In this document: piece by piece, positions 8,658 through 17,712 of the stretch
How the letters are laid out: every line of letters starts with the position of its first letter
How positions within the stretch are numbered: position 1 is the first letter of the stretch
Virus record (IMG/VR): IMGVR_UViG_3300012164_000002
Location: 13,745 to 77,744 of that record
Length of the DNA stretch: 64,000 nucleotides
DNA from: a virus
Reading direction: 5' to 3' (one strand)
Notes under the pieces: generated by a model
The model's database searches: none
What the model saw: only the letters and a program-made list of their open reading frames with translations
Told to the model about the DNA's origin: nothing
Position numbers and translations under genes: made by a program

Positions 8658-9271
8658 TGGGTGAGAACCCGCTTCTGCGTAGGCGCGGGCGCGCTTGCGC
8701 GTGCCCGGCGGCGCCGAGAAGGCTGCAAGCGCGCGAGGATCGAACGGTCGCCAAGCATCGACCGCCTGGCGTCGAGCCGATCGAGCTCGAAGGTGACGGT
8801 CGGGCAAAGTGCCGCCCGTTTCTCACGGTCAAGAAGGACGACGCGTTGTTCGCGGCGTGCAACGCGCTCGCCGATCAAGTCGGCCGGCTCAACGAGCCGA
8901 AGAAGGTGTTCCGCCTGCTTCAAGACGCGATCGGAGACGAGCTCAACGAAGTCTTCGGCGTCATGACGGTGGACATCCACGGGCGCTTGAAGGGGATGAG
9001 CGAGACGGGTAGAGGGGAAGCCTCGAGCGTGATGGCCCCAATGATCCCGACGGTTCGAGCGGCGCTGCTCAGCGGCGGCGAGGGCGCGATCCTCTTCCAC
9101 GTTCATCCGTCGGGCGTCGACGCCAAGCCCAGCCAAGCGGACAAGGATACGACGAAAGCCTTCGCCGATGCGTTCGAAGCAATCGGCATGCCCCTCATCG
9201 ATCACATCATCGTTGCAGGGGACGCGAAGAGGCGCAGCTACTACTCGTTTGCCGAAGCTGGAGCGATCTAA
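8654..9271 (+). CDS. RadC-like JAB domain protein
   Basis: ILFHVHPSG..PSQAD..T..LIDHIIV (HxH-x-D JAB motif). Confidence 0.85.
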   Translation: MMGENPLLRRRGRACACPAAPRRLQAREDRTVAKHRPPGVEPIELEGDGRAKCRPFLTVKKDDALFAACNALADQVGRLNEPKKVFRLLQDAIGDELNEVFGVMTVDIHGRLKGMSETGRGEASSVMAPMIPTVRAALLSGGEGAILFHVHPSGVDAKPSQADKDTTKAFADAFEAIGMPLIDHIIVAGDAKRRSYYSFAEAGAI

Positions 9272-9309
9272 TCGCCACCTTCAAAGTCTACCGCGGAGGT
9301 AAAGCCCCC

Positions 9310-9789
9310 ATGACAATGCCCGCAGGCTCTCAGGTAAGAACCGTCCAACTGCCGGAGCCGGGATTCCCGATGCTCACGCGCATGGTCTCCGATCCGCTGT
9401 TCCCGGCGGAAGAGCATCAACAGGTTGCGTGCCCGCATTGCAGCCAAGCCATCTCCGTTCCGGCGGCTCCCAAGAAGGACGAACCGGTCACATGGGTCGT
9501 GAGCCAACGGCACCCGCTCGTACCCGAGATGACAGTGGTGCGCATGTTCGTCGTCGAGGACAGAGGCGGCGTCGAGGTCTATTCGACGTCGAACGACGGC
9601 ACGAAGGGGATACGAAACTTCATTCCAAACAGCAGAGTGCGTCTCTCCGAAGAAGTCATGCCGCTCGACGTCTTCGTCTCGGAACTTGCTGCGGCCGAGG
9701 ATGGCGACGGCGACGGCGACGATCCGGATGATCCCGACGAGCCGGAAGCGACGGCGCCGCCTCCGGTGGACGCCCAAGCAACCACTTGA
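9310..9789 (+). CDS. hypothetical protein with CPHC motif and acidic tail
   Basis: 159-aa ORF within the operon. Confidence 0.6.
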   Translation: MTMPAGSQVRTVQLPEPGFPMLTRMVSDPLFPAEEHQQVACPHCSQAISVPAAPKKDEPVTWVVSQRHPLVPEMTVVRMFVVEDRGGVEVYSTSNDGTKGIRNFIPNSRVRLSEEVMPLDVFVSELAAAEDGDGDGDDPDDPDEPEATAPPPVDAQATT

Positions 9790-9793
9790 ATCA

Positions 9794-11524
9794 ATGTCTA
9801 GGCGAAGATCGGGCGGCGGCCAGGACGCGAATCCGAGCACTCCTGTTCAACAGGACGAGTCGGAGATCATCGAAGAGGCGGGCGCCGTTCAAGATGAAGA
9901 ACTGGGCGCGCTAGTTACGGACGAAGATCGCATTCGTGCGCTCGGCGCGGTGGACGCCGACAGCGTGCGGGAGAACAGACGTCTCGACAATATCGTGCGG
10001 AAGAAGCGCGGCGGCGTGAAAGACGTCCCGTTCAACGTGAGCGACGTCATCACCAAGTACGACACGCTCATCAAGTTCTGGCCGGTGAACACGATCGACA
10101 TCACTGTCATCGATCTTACCGGCAACAACGCGACGCACACGATTCGAAGTCGCCCGAGATCTGGGATGGAACTCTACGACGCCATCATGCAGATCCACGG
10201 ACAGAGCGCCGAAGCGAAGTACGAGATCAAGTTCTTCGACAGCAACAGTAAAGAGTTTCGCGGCACAGGACAGATCACGCTGAGGGACGCCCGCCCGCCC
10301 ACGCCGCAGCAAGGACAGCCCATGCAATATCCGCCGCCGGGCTACCCGCCAGGGTATCCGCCTCCGCAAGGATACCCGCCGCAGGGATATCCGCCGCAGA
10401 TGTACCCGCAGCAACCGCCGCAAGCCGCCCCTCAAGGAGCGCAGCCGGCGCAACAGCAACCGGCAGCGCCGCCGCAGGTGTTCGTGCAGCCGCCCGCGGG
10501 CCCCGACCCGATGGCGATGATGAACAGCGTGTTCGAGATGTTTCAGAGGTGGCAGCAACAGATGTCGCCACAACAGCCGATGATGGCCGCGCAGCCTCCG
10601 TTCGTGCCGCCCCCGCCTCCTCCACCAGGCGCGGACATGAACGCGATGATGGCGTGGGCCTCGCAGCTCTTCGAGATGTGGCAGAAGATGAACCCAAACG
10701 CTCGCGGTGCCGTGCATCATCACGCGCAGCAACCGCAGATGCCGCCGATGATGAACGCGGCTCCGATGGGGATGCCCGCCATGCAACCTCCGCCGGGCAC
10801 GACGTGGATGTACGTTCCCGGTCCCGGCGGGAGCACTGGAGGATGGATCGCTCAACCGATGGGCGGAGGCGTCGGAGTTGGAGGCGGAGGCGCAGGACCG
10901 ACGGGGAGCCCTTACGGCCAACAACGTCCTCCTTACTTCCCAGGTCGAGGGGGCCCGCCGCCGCCGCACATGCCTCCGCAACGGGAGAAGACGGCCGCCG
11001 AGCAGTGGCGTGAAGCGATAACGACTGTGAAGTCGGCTTTCGACATGGTGCAGGAGATGAACGAGCTCATGCCCGGCGCCGCACAAGGGAACGCGGGAGC
11101 CGCGCAACAGGAAGCGCCTGACGACGACGACAGCCCGATGCGAATCGTCGAAACGGGTCCGGTGAAGCTCGCCATCAACAAGGAAGACGGCACGCTGCGC
11201 ACGTGGGAGTCGGGCCTCATCAACTTGCCTGACATCTTCAAGTGGGCCGGCGAGCAATACGACAAGGTGCGCAAGGCTCAGCAGGAAGAGCAGCGGCGAC
11301 AGCAACAGCCGCGGAGAGTGCTGCCGCCCGGATACGTGGAGGTTGATGCGGACTACAAGCCGCCTCCGGGCTACGTCGCCGTGCCGGTGGATCCGAACAC
11401 GATCCCGCAGTCTGCGCAGCAAGGATTCACGCCGCCGCCCACAAACATTCCGCCCCCGATACAGTCGGCGCCTGGGAAGACGACGTGGGAGGCGCCCGTC
11501 ATCCCAGGACAAGGAGGCAGTTGA
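9794..11524 (+). CDS. large Pro/Gln/Met-rich protein (scaffold or membrane-assembly candidate)
   Basis: Globular N-terminal domain, QGYPP repeats, PQQP low complexity. Confidence 0.7.
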   Translation: MSRRRSGGGQDANPSTPVQQDESEIIEEAGAVQDEELGALVTDEDRIRALGAVDADSVRENRRLDNIVRKKRGGVKDVPFNVSDVITKYDTLIKFWPVNTIDITVIDLTGNNATHTIRSRPRSGMELYDAIMQIHGQSAEAKYEIKFFDSNSKEFRGTGQITLRDARPPTPQQGQPMQYPPPGYPPGYPPPQGYPPQGYPPQMYPQQPPQAAPQGAQPAQQQPAAPPQVFVQPPAGPDPMAMMNSVFEMFQRWQQQMSPQQPMMAAQPPFVPPPPPPPGADMNAMMAWASQLFEMWQKMNPNARGAVHHHAQQPQMPPMMNAAPMGMPAMQPPPGTTWMYVPGPGGSTGGWIAQPMGGGVGVGGGGAGPTGSPYGQQRPPYFPGRGGPPPPHMPPQREKTAAEQWREAITTVKSAFDMVQEMNELMPGAAQGNAGAAQQEAPDDDDSPMRIVETGPVKLAINKEDGTLRTWESGLINLPDIFKWAGEQYDKVRKAQQEEQRRQQQPRRVLPPGYVEVDADYKPPPGYVAVPVDPNTIPQSAQQGFTPPPTNIPPPIQSAPGKTTWEAPVIPGQGGS

Positions 11525-11527
11525 TCC

Positions 11528-11719
11528 GTGCGCTACCGAATCTATATGAGCGTTGCAGTGGATGCTCGAAGCGACCTGCAAGCTCATGAGTACGCCAAAA
11601 AGCTAGACGAGCTTCTCAAGTCGCCGATGGTCCGAATGGCGGTAGAGGGCGCAGGAATTGAGCTTTCCGACGGTGACGGGCAGCCGGTAGTGCACATCCC
11701 TCAGCGCGAGGTTGCCTGA
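11528..11719 (+). CDS. hypothetical protein
   Basis: 63-aa ORF between operon genes. Confidence 0.5.
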   Translation: MRYRIYMSVAVDARSDLQAHEYAKKLDELLKSPMVRMAVEGAGIELSDGDGQPVVHIPQREVA

Positions 11720-11748
11720 GAGGGGGCGCCGCGCTTAGACTGTAGGGC

Positions 11749-12876
11749 GTGCGCCAGTACACCGTTCGTCCCGGCGACAGTCCGGCGCAGATCGCGATCG
11801 ACCACGTCGGGTGCCCCAAGTGTGGGATCGATCTCGTCGGCGCCAACACGCACAAGGAACACGTCGTCTATCCGAACGGCTTCAAGACGTTCAAAGCGCT
11901 CAGCGCCGGCGAGACGATCAACTTGCCGGATAAGTGGTTCAACGGCGATCTCGAGACTCGTCCGAACGCCTACTTCGTGGCGCTCCCGTACCACGACGGC
12001 GTCACGCTTTCGGGGCTAGGCGCTGCCGCCGCCGGCATCCTCGGCGACTACGCAACGCTAGACGCCGCAACGATCGGATCGACCGCGTTCGGTTCGATGA
12101 ACGATCGAGCGTTCAGTCAAGCCGTCGGAGAGGTCGCCGCGCTTCTCGACTCCTCTGTGAGAGAAGCAGACGGAAGCGTGAATCCTGGCATCGCGGCTTA
12201 CGCGCAAGCCGTGCACGCCGCTACTAACTGGGCCCGGCAGAAGAGCGCCGAGCTGGTCGTAGCGCTCGACGGCGGCGCAGGCCCCGCAGCGACCGAATCG
12301 CGGCTCGAGGCGCAGAACGCGATCTCGACTGCAATTGCAAGCGCGCGTCTCGCGCTGCAAGCGGTGTACGGAGGCGGATCGGAGCCGGCCCCACCTGCTC
12401 CGACGCCTCCGGCACCCGCGCCGGCTCCCTCCTCTATAGTGGCCGTGGCGCAAGCAGCCGCAGCCGCCATCGCCGCGGATCCGAACTACTGCGCGTCGGT
12501 CCAACGTCCCGGAACTGCCGTCAATTCGGCGGTGCACGCCTTCAAAGCGGCGTGGAACTCTTCAGGGCAAGCGCCCGTACCGATCAACACTGGAAACTAC
12601 GAGCAACCGACCGCCAACGCGCTCGCGAGCGTGCTCGGAACGGCGCCCGGCGCATGCGGCGCGCGCACTGCGGCTCCGCCTCCGGCGACCCCTCCCCCGC
12701 GCCCCATAGTGGTGGCGCCGGTACGTAAGGAGGGGCTCAGCACCGGCGCAGTTGCAGGGATCGCGCTCCTCGGAGCGGGCGCTGTCGGCGGCGCGGTCTA
12801 TCTTTCAACGCGCAAGCCGCGACGACGTAGAGGCGGGCGACGTCGAAGGCCGCGCGAAGAAGAAGACGATTCATGA
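11749..12876 (+). CDS. LysM-domain membrane-anchored virion protein
   Basis: MRQYTVRPGDS..GETINLP LysM; PGBD-like segment; GLSTGA TM plus poly-Arg tail. Confidence 0.75.
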   Translation: MRQYTVRPGDSPAQIAIDHVGCPKCGIDLVGANTHKEHVVYPNGFKTFKALSAGETINLPDKWFNGDLETRPNAYFVALPYHDGVTLSGLGAAAAGILGDYATLDAATIGSTAFGSMNDRAFSQAVGEVAALLDSSVREADGSVNPGIAAYAQAVHAATNWARQKSAELVVALDGGAGPAATESRLEAQNAISTAIASARLALQAVYGGGSEPAPPAPTPPAPAPAPSSIVAVAQAAAAAIAADPNYCASVQRPGTAVNSAVHAFKAAWNSSGQAPVPINTGNYEQPTANALASVLGTAPGACGARTAAPPPATPPPRPIVVAPVRKEGLSTGAVAGIALLGAGAVGGAVYLSTRKPRRRRGGRRRRPREEEDDS

Positions 12877-13547
12877 TTATCGATAAGCCGATCGCAGGTG
12901 TGAAGACGGATACGCGAACGCATCCGCCGGGGAAAAAGGGGGCGCATCTTTCCCTTCGAGAGGTAGCTGATCGAGCGTGGGTGGGGCGCAAGTCGCCGCG
13001 CGTTCGGGCGTGGGCGACTCAAGCGCTCGCTGCGGCCGGCGTTTCAACTGGAGGTCGCCGCCAAAAAGGGCAAGCGATCCTCGACGCCTTCCGCAATAAG
13101 GTCCCGTACATCCCCGATCCTGTGATGGGGGAGTTCATGGCGACGCCGGAGCAAACGCTCTGCCTCGATGAAGGTGGGCTGTGCATCATCGGTGGAGATT
13201 GCGACGACGCGGCGATCACGCTCTCGGCGGCGATGATGTCGATCGGGATCCCCGCGATGATCGTGGGCAGCAGTCACAAGCCGCCGATCGATGTACCGAC
13301 ACACGTGTACATGGCGTTCCAAGATGATCTCGGCGATTGGGTGAAGATGGACGGAACGACGAAGCTTCCGGCCGGACGAGTCGCGCCGCACTCGCGCGAG
13401 TGGTGGGTCGAGCCGGGCGAGACTGCGAAGGCGGCGGGCGAAGGCGACTTCGTAGGGATGAGCGGCGTAGACGACAGCGGCACGACCGACGGCGCTCTTG
13501 CGGGGCCGCTCTCGCCCGTTGAACTGCTCTACCCGTTCGTTCGCTGA
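12873..13547 (+). CDS. transglutaminase-like cysteine enzyme (probable maturation protease)
   Basis: GDCDD (Cys), THVY (His), MDGT (Asp) catalytic triad. Confidence 0.8.
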   Translation: MIIDKPIAGVKTDTRTHPPGKKGAHLSLREVADRAWVGRKSPRVRAWATQALAAAGVSTGGRRQKGQAILDAFRNKVPYIPDPVMGEFMATPEQTLCLDEGGLCIIGGDCDDAAITLSAAMMSIGIPAMIVGSSHKPPIDVPTHVYMAFQDDLGDWVKMDGTTKLPAGRVAPHSREWWVEPGETAKAAGEGDFVGMSGVDDSGTTDGALAGPLSPVELLYPFVR

Positions 13548-13552
13548 GTCCG

Positions 13553-13700
13553 CGCGTACTACGCGGGGAGTACAGCGGTAGTACGGGTGTACGCCTCGCG
13601 TGCGTGACGACTCATCGACGTCGTGCGCACGACGTCGAACGTTCGATCCCGCGTAACTCGCCGGTTTAGTTGTTGTTTAGCGGCGCGTTGATCAACGCGC
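13553..13700. repeat. cluster of perfect palindromes in an intergenic region
   Basis: 24-bp palindrome 13615-13638, 12-bp 13635-13646, 18-bp 13683-13700, hairpin 13553-13565. Confidence 0.85.
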
Positions 13701-13806
13701 AGGGATAGCCCCCTCCCCCGTAACCACGGGCGCGCAAGTGCGCAACTTGTGTCGCGTATTGACCGGTCGATTCCTCATTGAAAGTCTTTGGGGCTGCAAC
13801 CGTGAG

Positions 13807-15570
13807 ATGGGCCTCTACGACGACCGACTGGCAGACCTCAGCGAATCAAGACGCGGTGAGCGTTTCGTTCGCAGGGCGCCAGCAATTCCGATCCGGAGAC
13901 ACAATCCGTATCCACGGTCGATCCCAGCGCCGATCATTCAGCGCCCCGCTCCTCAAGTGTCGGCGAAGCGAAAGCGGCGCGGCAAGAAGCCCCCGACGAA
14001 AGTTCAATCTCTCCTCTTCAATCGGGGCGCAGGCTGGACGGCTTCAAAAGCCAAGGCGTGGGCGAAGTCTCACGGCTATCGGTACGGGAAGGTGGATGTC
14101 ACCGACCAGTACATCCGCATTCGTCAATTCGATCCAAAAGGATCCAAAACCAAACGAACGATTCCATTCGGCAAGGGCATACGCGCCGTAGTGGCTCGAG
14201 AGGTTCGAGAGGAAAGCATGGCAAAAGGCAGCACGAAGGTCAGCGCACGTCGTCGTAGTCGTAAGTCGAGCGGAGCGCCTAAGCGGCGTCGTCGGCGCAA
14301 GGCCGCACCGGCGGTTGCTCCGCGTCGTCGTCGGCGCCGTCGCGTGCAGGCGAAGGCGCAAGCGCCGCGCAGGCGTCGTCGTTCGAGCCATGTGATGGAA
14401 GCGCGTCGCCCGCGTCGGCGTCGTCGTCGTGCTGCACGTCGAGTGCGCGCATGGCGCGGCAACCCCGGCGGTCATGCGACGGCAGCCCGGAAGGGTTGGC
14501 GTAGGCGCAAGGCGTCACGCGGTCCCGTCCGTCGTCGTCGGCGAACGCGCGAGGCCGTGATGGAGGCTCCGCGTCGCAGGCGTCGTCGTCGCGCGCGTGC
14601 CTACGAAGGGCACACGTCGGAGGCGCGTCGCTCGCATCGTCGTCGCCGCCGTCACCACCGCAGCCGCGGCATGTTCGAGGCAAGCCGTGGAAGCTCAGGC
14701 GCGGCGGAACTCACGCTCGGGATCCTCTCTGGAGGTCTCATGTATGTGCTCGCCGACGGTCTCGACCGTTTCTTGAGCACGTACAACCCGGCGGAGGCAG
14801 AGCGGCCGAAGGGCAAGTTCACGAGCGACGGCGCAGGCACGCTCGCGAACACGCTCAACATCGCGTCGGCTCCGACGATCATTCGGATCGCAGCCGGTCT
14901 CGGTGTGACAGCGCTTCCGGTGATCGGCGCCGTCATGGTCAGAGACCCCTACGCTCGCAGCGCTTTCTCGGGCGCCGCGATCGGTGCGGGTATCTCGACC
15001 TTCAAGACGTTCTGGAACAACGTCGTCATGGGCATGTGGCTCAAGCCCAAGGACACCTCGCCGGCGTCGCTCCAGAAGTCGTTCATCGCCCGCTTGTACC
15101 CGGCTGAGGTCGCTGCCGCGATCAACATGGGCAACAAGCAGACGTCGGTCGCGAGCACCGGATCGGGAGCGCTGTCGGCGCCTCCGGCCGCGCAAGCGGC
15201 AGGCGTCGGCGCACCGGCGGACGTCGGTCCGTTCGCGCTCTCCGGCGACTCGCCGTATCCCGATGCGCAGCAAGCGCTTCGGGCCGGCTTGCACGGAGAC
15301 TCGCCGTATCCGTCCACCGAGCAGGCGTTCCTGCGCGGCGATTCGCCGTACCCGAGCGCCTCACAAGCACTCGGTGCGCCGGCGGGTCACGGCAATCCGG
15401 GCCAGCCGGGTCTCAGCGATTGGACTCCGGGCCCTCCTCCGGGAACGGGCCCTGGTCCGAAAGCGGAGCCTCGCACCGATCCGTCGTGCGGATGCATCGG
15501 TGAAGACAACCCGTACCTCGGGTTCGTCGGCGACGCGCAGGAAGACGACTCGTTCTTCATGCCGAACTGA
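13807..15570 (+). CDS. Arg-rich DNA-condensing core protein precursor
   Basis: Poly-Arg tracts, hydrophobic middle, LxGDSPYP x3; internal RBS plus ATG at 14218. Confidence 0.7.
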   Translation: MGLYDDRLADLSESRRGERFVRRAPAIPIRRHNPYPRSIPAPIIQRPAPQVSAKRKRRGKKPPTKVQSLLFNRGAGWTASKAKAWAKSHGYRYGKVDVTDQYIRIRQFDPKGSKTKRTIPFGKGIRAVVAREVREESMAKGSTKVSARRRSRKSSGAPKRRRRRKAAPAVAPRRRRRRRVQAKAQAPRRRRRSSHVMEARRPRRRRRRAARRVRAWRGNPGGHATAARKGWRRRKASRGPVRRRRRTREAVMEAPRRRRRRRARAYEGHTSEARRSHRRRRRHHRSRGMFEASRGSSGAAELTLGILSGGLMYVLADGLDRFLSTYNPAEAERPKGKFTSDGAGTLANTLNIASAPTIIRIAAGLGVTALPVIGAVMVRDPYARSAFSGAAIGAGISTFKTFWNNVVMGMWLKPKDTSPASLQKSFIARLYPAEVAAAINMGNKQTSVASTGSGALSAPPAAQAAGVGAPADVGPFALSGDSPYPDAQQALRAGLHGDSPYPSTEQAFLRGDSPYPSASQALGAPAGHGNPGQPGLSDWTPGPPPGTGPGPKAEPRTDPSCGCIGEDNPYLGFVGDAQEDDSFFMPN

Positions 15571-15675
15571 GCGCTCTCGCGCAACACCTCGCCCCGGTAG
15601 GCCTCGAGCCCCGGGGTTGAGGTGTCAGAAGCGTCTAGCGTCGGCCCAAGAAACGGCTGGACCAGGAGAAAGATC

Positions 15676-17022
15676 ATGAGACAGCAAACTGGATTGAGCA
15701 TCATCGGTCGAAGGACCCACAAGTACGGCGATGCGCAGGAAAAAGTTCGGCGCATTCCGTTCGGCTACAGCAAGGAACCGGGCACGCTCGGAGCTCCGGC
15801 GGACATGGCACAGAAGTGCATCCGTTGCAGCTTCGGCAACATCCCGGTGATCGAAGAGGTGGTCTGGACGATCCCTCTCCCGCTCACGCCGGACGAAGCG
15901 CTCGCGACCCTCGGCGACACGGTGAACCTGCTCTCGGGCAGCTCCAGCGTGCCGGGCGTGGCGTCGATCGACTCGACGTTTCTCATCAACGGCATCCTCC
16001 AGACGGACATTCTCGCGCAAGGCGTGGGCGTGCACGTGTTCTGCGAGCCGATGAGCTTCTCGACGATCGGCAACGCCTTCGAGGCGCCGTCGACCACGCA
16101 GGAGCCGCCTCCTTCGCCGGACGTGTTCACGACCAACGACGTGTTCAACGGAGCACTCGGACCGGAGTTCGCCGGTGCGGAGCCGACTCAAACGGCCCCC
16201 GTTCCCGCGGTTTTCGAGTTCGGTGCACCGGTGTGGCGCGCGGGCTGGAACTTCATCAACGCCTACCAATTCCAATGGAAAACCTCGCAGCGTGAACTCG
16301 TGTTGAACGAGCTCGCGGCGGACGTCAGCTACTTCGGCTCCTTCGCGGATGCCGAGGCGGCGGGCACGAGCGAGATCCCCATCATCGAGTTCGTGGCGCA
16401 GGTCAACGCGACTTACCGCTCGAAGGGCGGCGCGTCGATCTTCCTCCCGGTCTCGTTCCGTCGCGTGGGCAGCGTCAACGCCACGAGCGCCACGGCCAAC
16501 GCGGGCATCTTCCACCCGACGCGCGACTTCGATCTCGCGCCGGTTACGTGGGGTGGACTGCGGTGGCAGGGCTACGGCTGCCGCGGTCAGATGTACCGCC
16601 CGGTCGAGAGCCCGTGCTTCCTCGAGCGCGGCATCCCCATCGGCATGCTCTTCGTGGTGCAGGACGCGGTTCATCAGGCGCTCATGCTCGAGTCGGTCAC
16701 CATCAACAACGGTGCACTCGGCTCGAACGTGGAGCCCGACGAGAACCTCTCGTGCTTCACGAACGTGGGCGCGGGCGCCGCGACCGGCACGCCGACTGCG
16801 GCACCGATCACGGCCGGTTCGGGCAACAACGTCATGTTGGAGCAAACGCTCGACGCGACGCCGGTGCTCGTGCAGCAGCAAGTGAACGTCTGCCGTCAGA
16901 CGTTCAAGGGCGGCATCCTCAAGCTCGCGATCAAGATCAAGGGCTGGGAGATGCCAGGCGGCTGGAAGTCCTGGTGCTCGACCAACATGCCGTCGGTCGT
17001 TGCGACCACGTCGGCAGGCTAA
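15676..17022 (+). CDS. putative major capsid protein (jelly-roll, inferred)
   Basis: Strong RBS AGGAG; 448 aa, beta-rich; follows the core protein; followed by a strong terminator. Confidence 0.55.
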   Translation: MRQQTGLSIIGRRTHKYGDAQEKVRRIPFGYSKEPGTLGAPADMAQKCIRCSFGNIPVIEEVVWTIPLPLTPDEALATLGDTVNLLSGSSSVPGVASIDSTFLINGILQTDILAQGVGVHVFCEPMSFSTIGNAFEAPSTTQEPPPSPDVFTTNDVFNGALGPEFAGAEPTQTAPVPAVFEFGAPVWRAGWNFINAYQFQWKTSQRELVLNELAADVSYFGSFADAEAAGTSEIPIIEFVAQVNATYRSKGGASIFLPVSFRRVGSVNATSATANAGIFHPTRDFDLAPVTWGGLRWQGYGCRGQMYRPVESPCFLERGIPIGMLFVVQDAVHQALMLESVTINNGALGSNVEPDENLSCFTNVGAGAATGTPTAAPITAGSGNNVMLEQTLDATPVLVQQQVNVCRQTFKGGILKLAIKIKGWEMPGGWKSWCSTNMPSVVATTSAG

Positions 17023-17041
17023 CCCCGAGCGTGCACTAATC

Positions 17042-17085
17042 ACAGGCGGCGTGGCGGAAACAGCGCCGCGCCGCCTGTTTAGTTT
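17042..17085 (+). terminator. intrinsic terminator
   Basis: 15-bp stem ACAGGCGGCGTGGCG/CGCCGCGCCGCCTGT followed by TTAGTTT. Confidence 0.75.
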
Positions 17086-17112
17086 CAAGGGTTTTTCTAG
17101 GAGACGAGATCG

Positions 17113-17712
17113 ATGCAGCCGAAGGATCAAAACATCAAAAACCTGGCGCTGTACGCGCCGCGCGTCGCATTCGCCATGATCGCTGGCGTTCCGCGCGTAC
17201 CGTTCATCAACGACATCCCGATCCAGTTCTCCTCGTCGACGGTGAACGCACCGCCCGTCGTGCAGAGCTTTCTGAACAACGTCACGCAAGACACGATCAT
17301 CGAGCGCGTAGCGTTCAACCTGTTCCAGCAGAACAGCTTCCCCGGCTCGCCCTTCCAGTCGCTCTACTTCAACCAGTTGAAGCAGAGCGGACAGACCGGC
17401 GTCGGCGTGCAGATGGCCGTCTACGGCGGCCCGAAGTACAACGTCAACGACACGTTCACCGACCTCGGAAACCTCGTCGACGTGTTCGCGATGACGTGGC
17501 CCGAGGGATGGCCGCTCTACAAGCAGAGCAACATCAAGGTGTCCGCGATCTTGCTGCAAACACCGGTGAGCGTGCCGTTCAACGTGACGCTCACATTCCT
17601 AGGCTGGCAATTCCTCGACAAGGCAATCGACGACATGAGCGACAAGGAAGCGCGTGATCGCCTCCGTAAGCTCGGAATCGAAACTCCGGATCTCGAGACA
17701 CTCCTCAAGTAA
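17113..17712 (+). CDS. putative single jelly-roll capsid or penton protein
   Basis: 199 aa, beta-strand rich, RBS AGGAG, directly after the putative MCP. Confidence 0.5.
   Translation: MQPKDQNIKNLALYAPRVAFAMIAGVPRVPFINDIPIQFSSSTVNAPPVVQSFLNNVTQDTIIERVAFNLFQQNSFPGSPFQSLYFNQLKQSGQTGVGVQMAVYGGPKYNVNDTFTDLGNLVDVFAMTWPEGWPLYKQSNIKVSAILLQTPVSVPFNVTLTFLGWQFLDKAIDDMSDKEARDRLRKLGIETPDLETLLK

Noticed and set aside
15625-17559. 644-aa minus-strand ORF (also 9911..11587, 20735..22555, 45062..46372 and similar)
   Set aside because: Antisense shadows of well-supported plus-strand genes, expected at high GC. No RBS, motifs or coupling.
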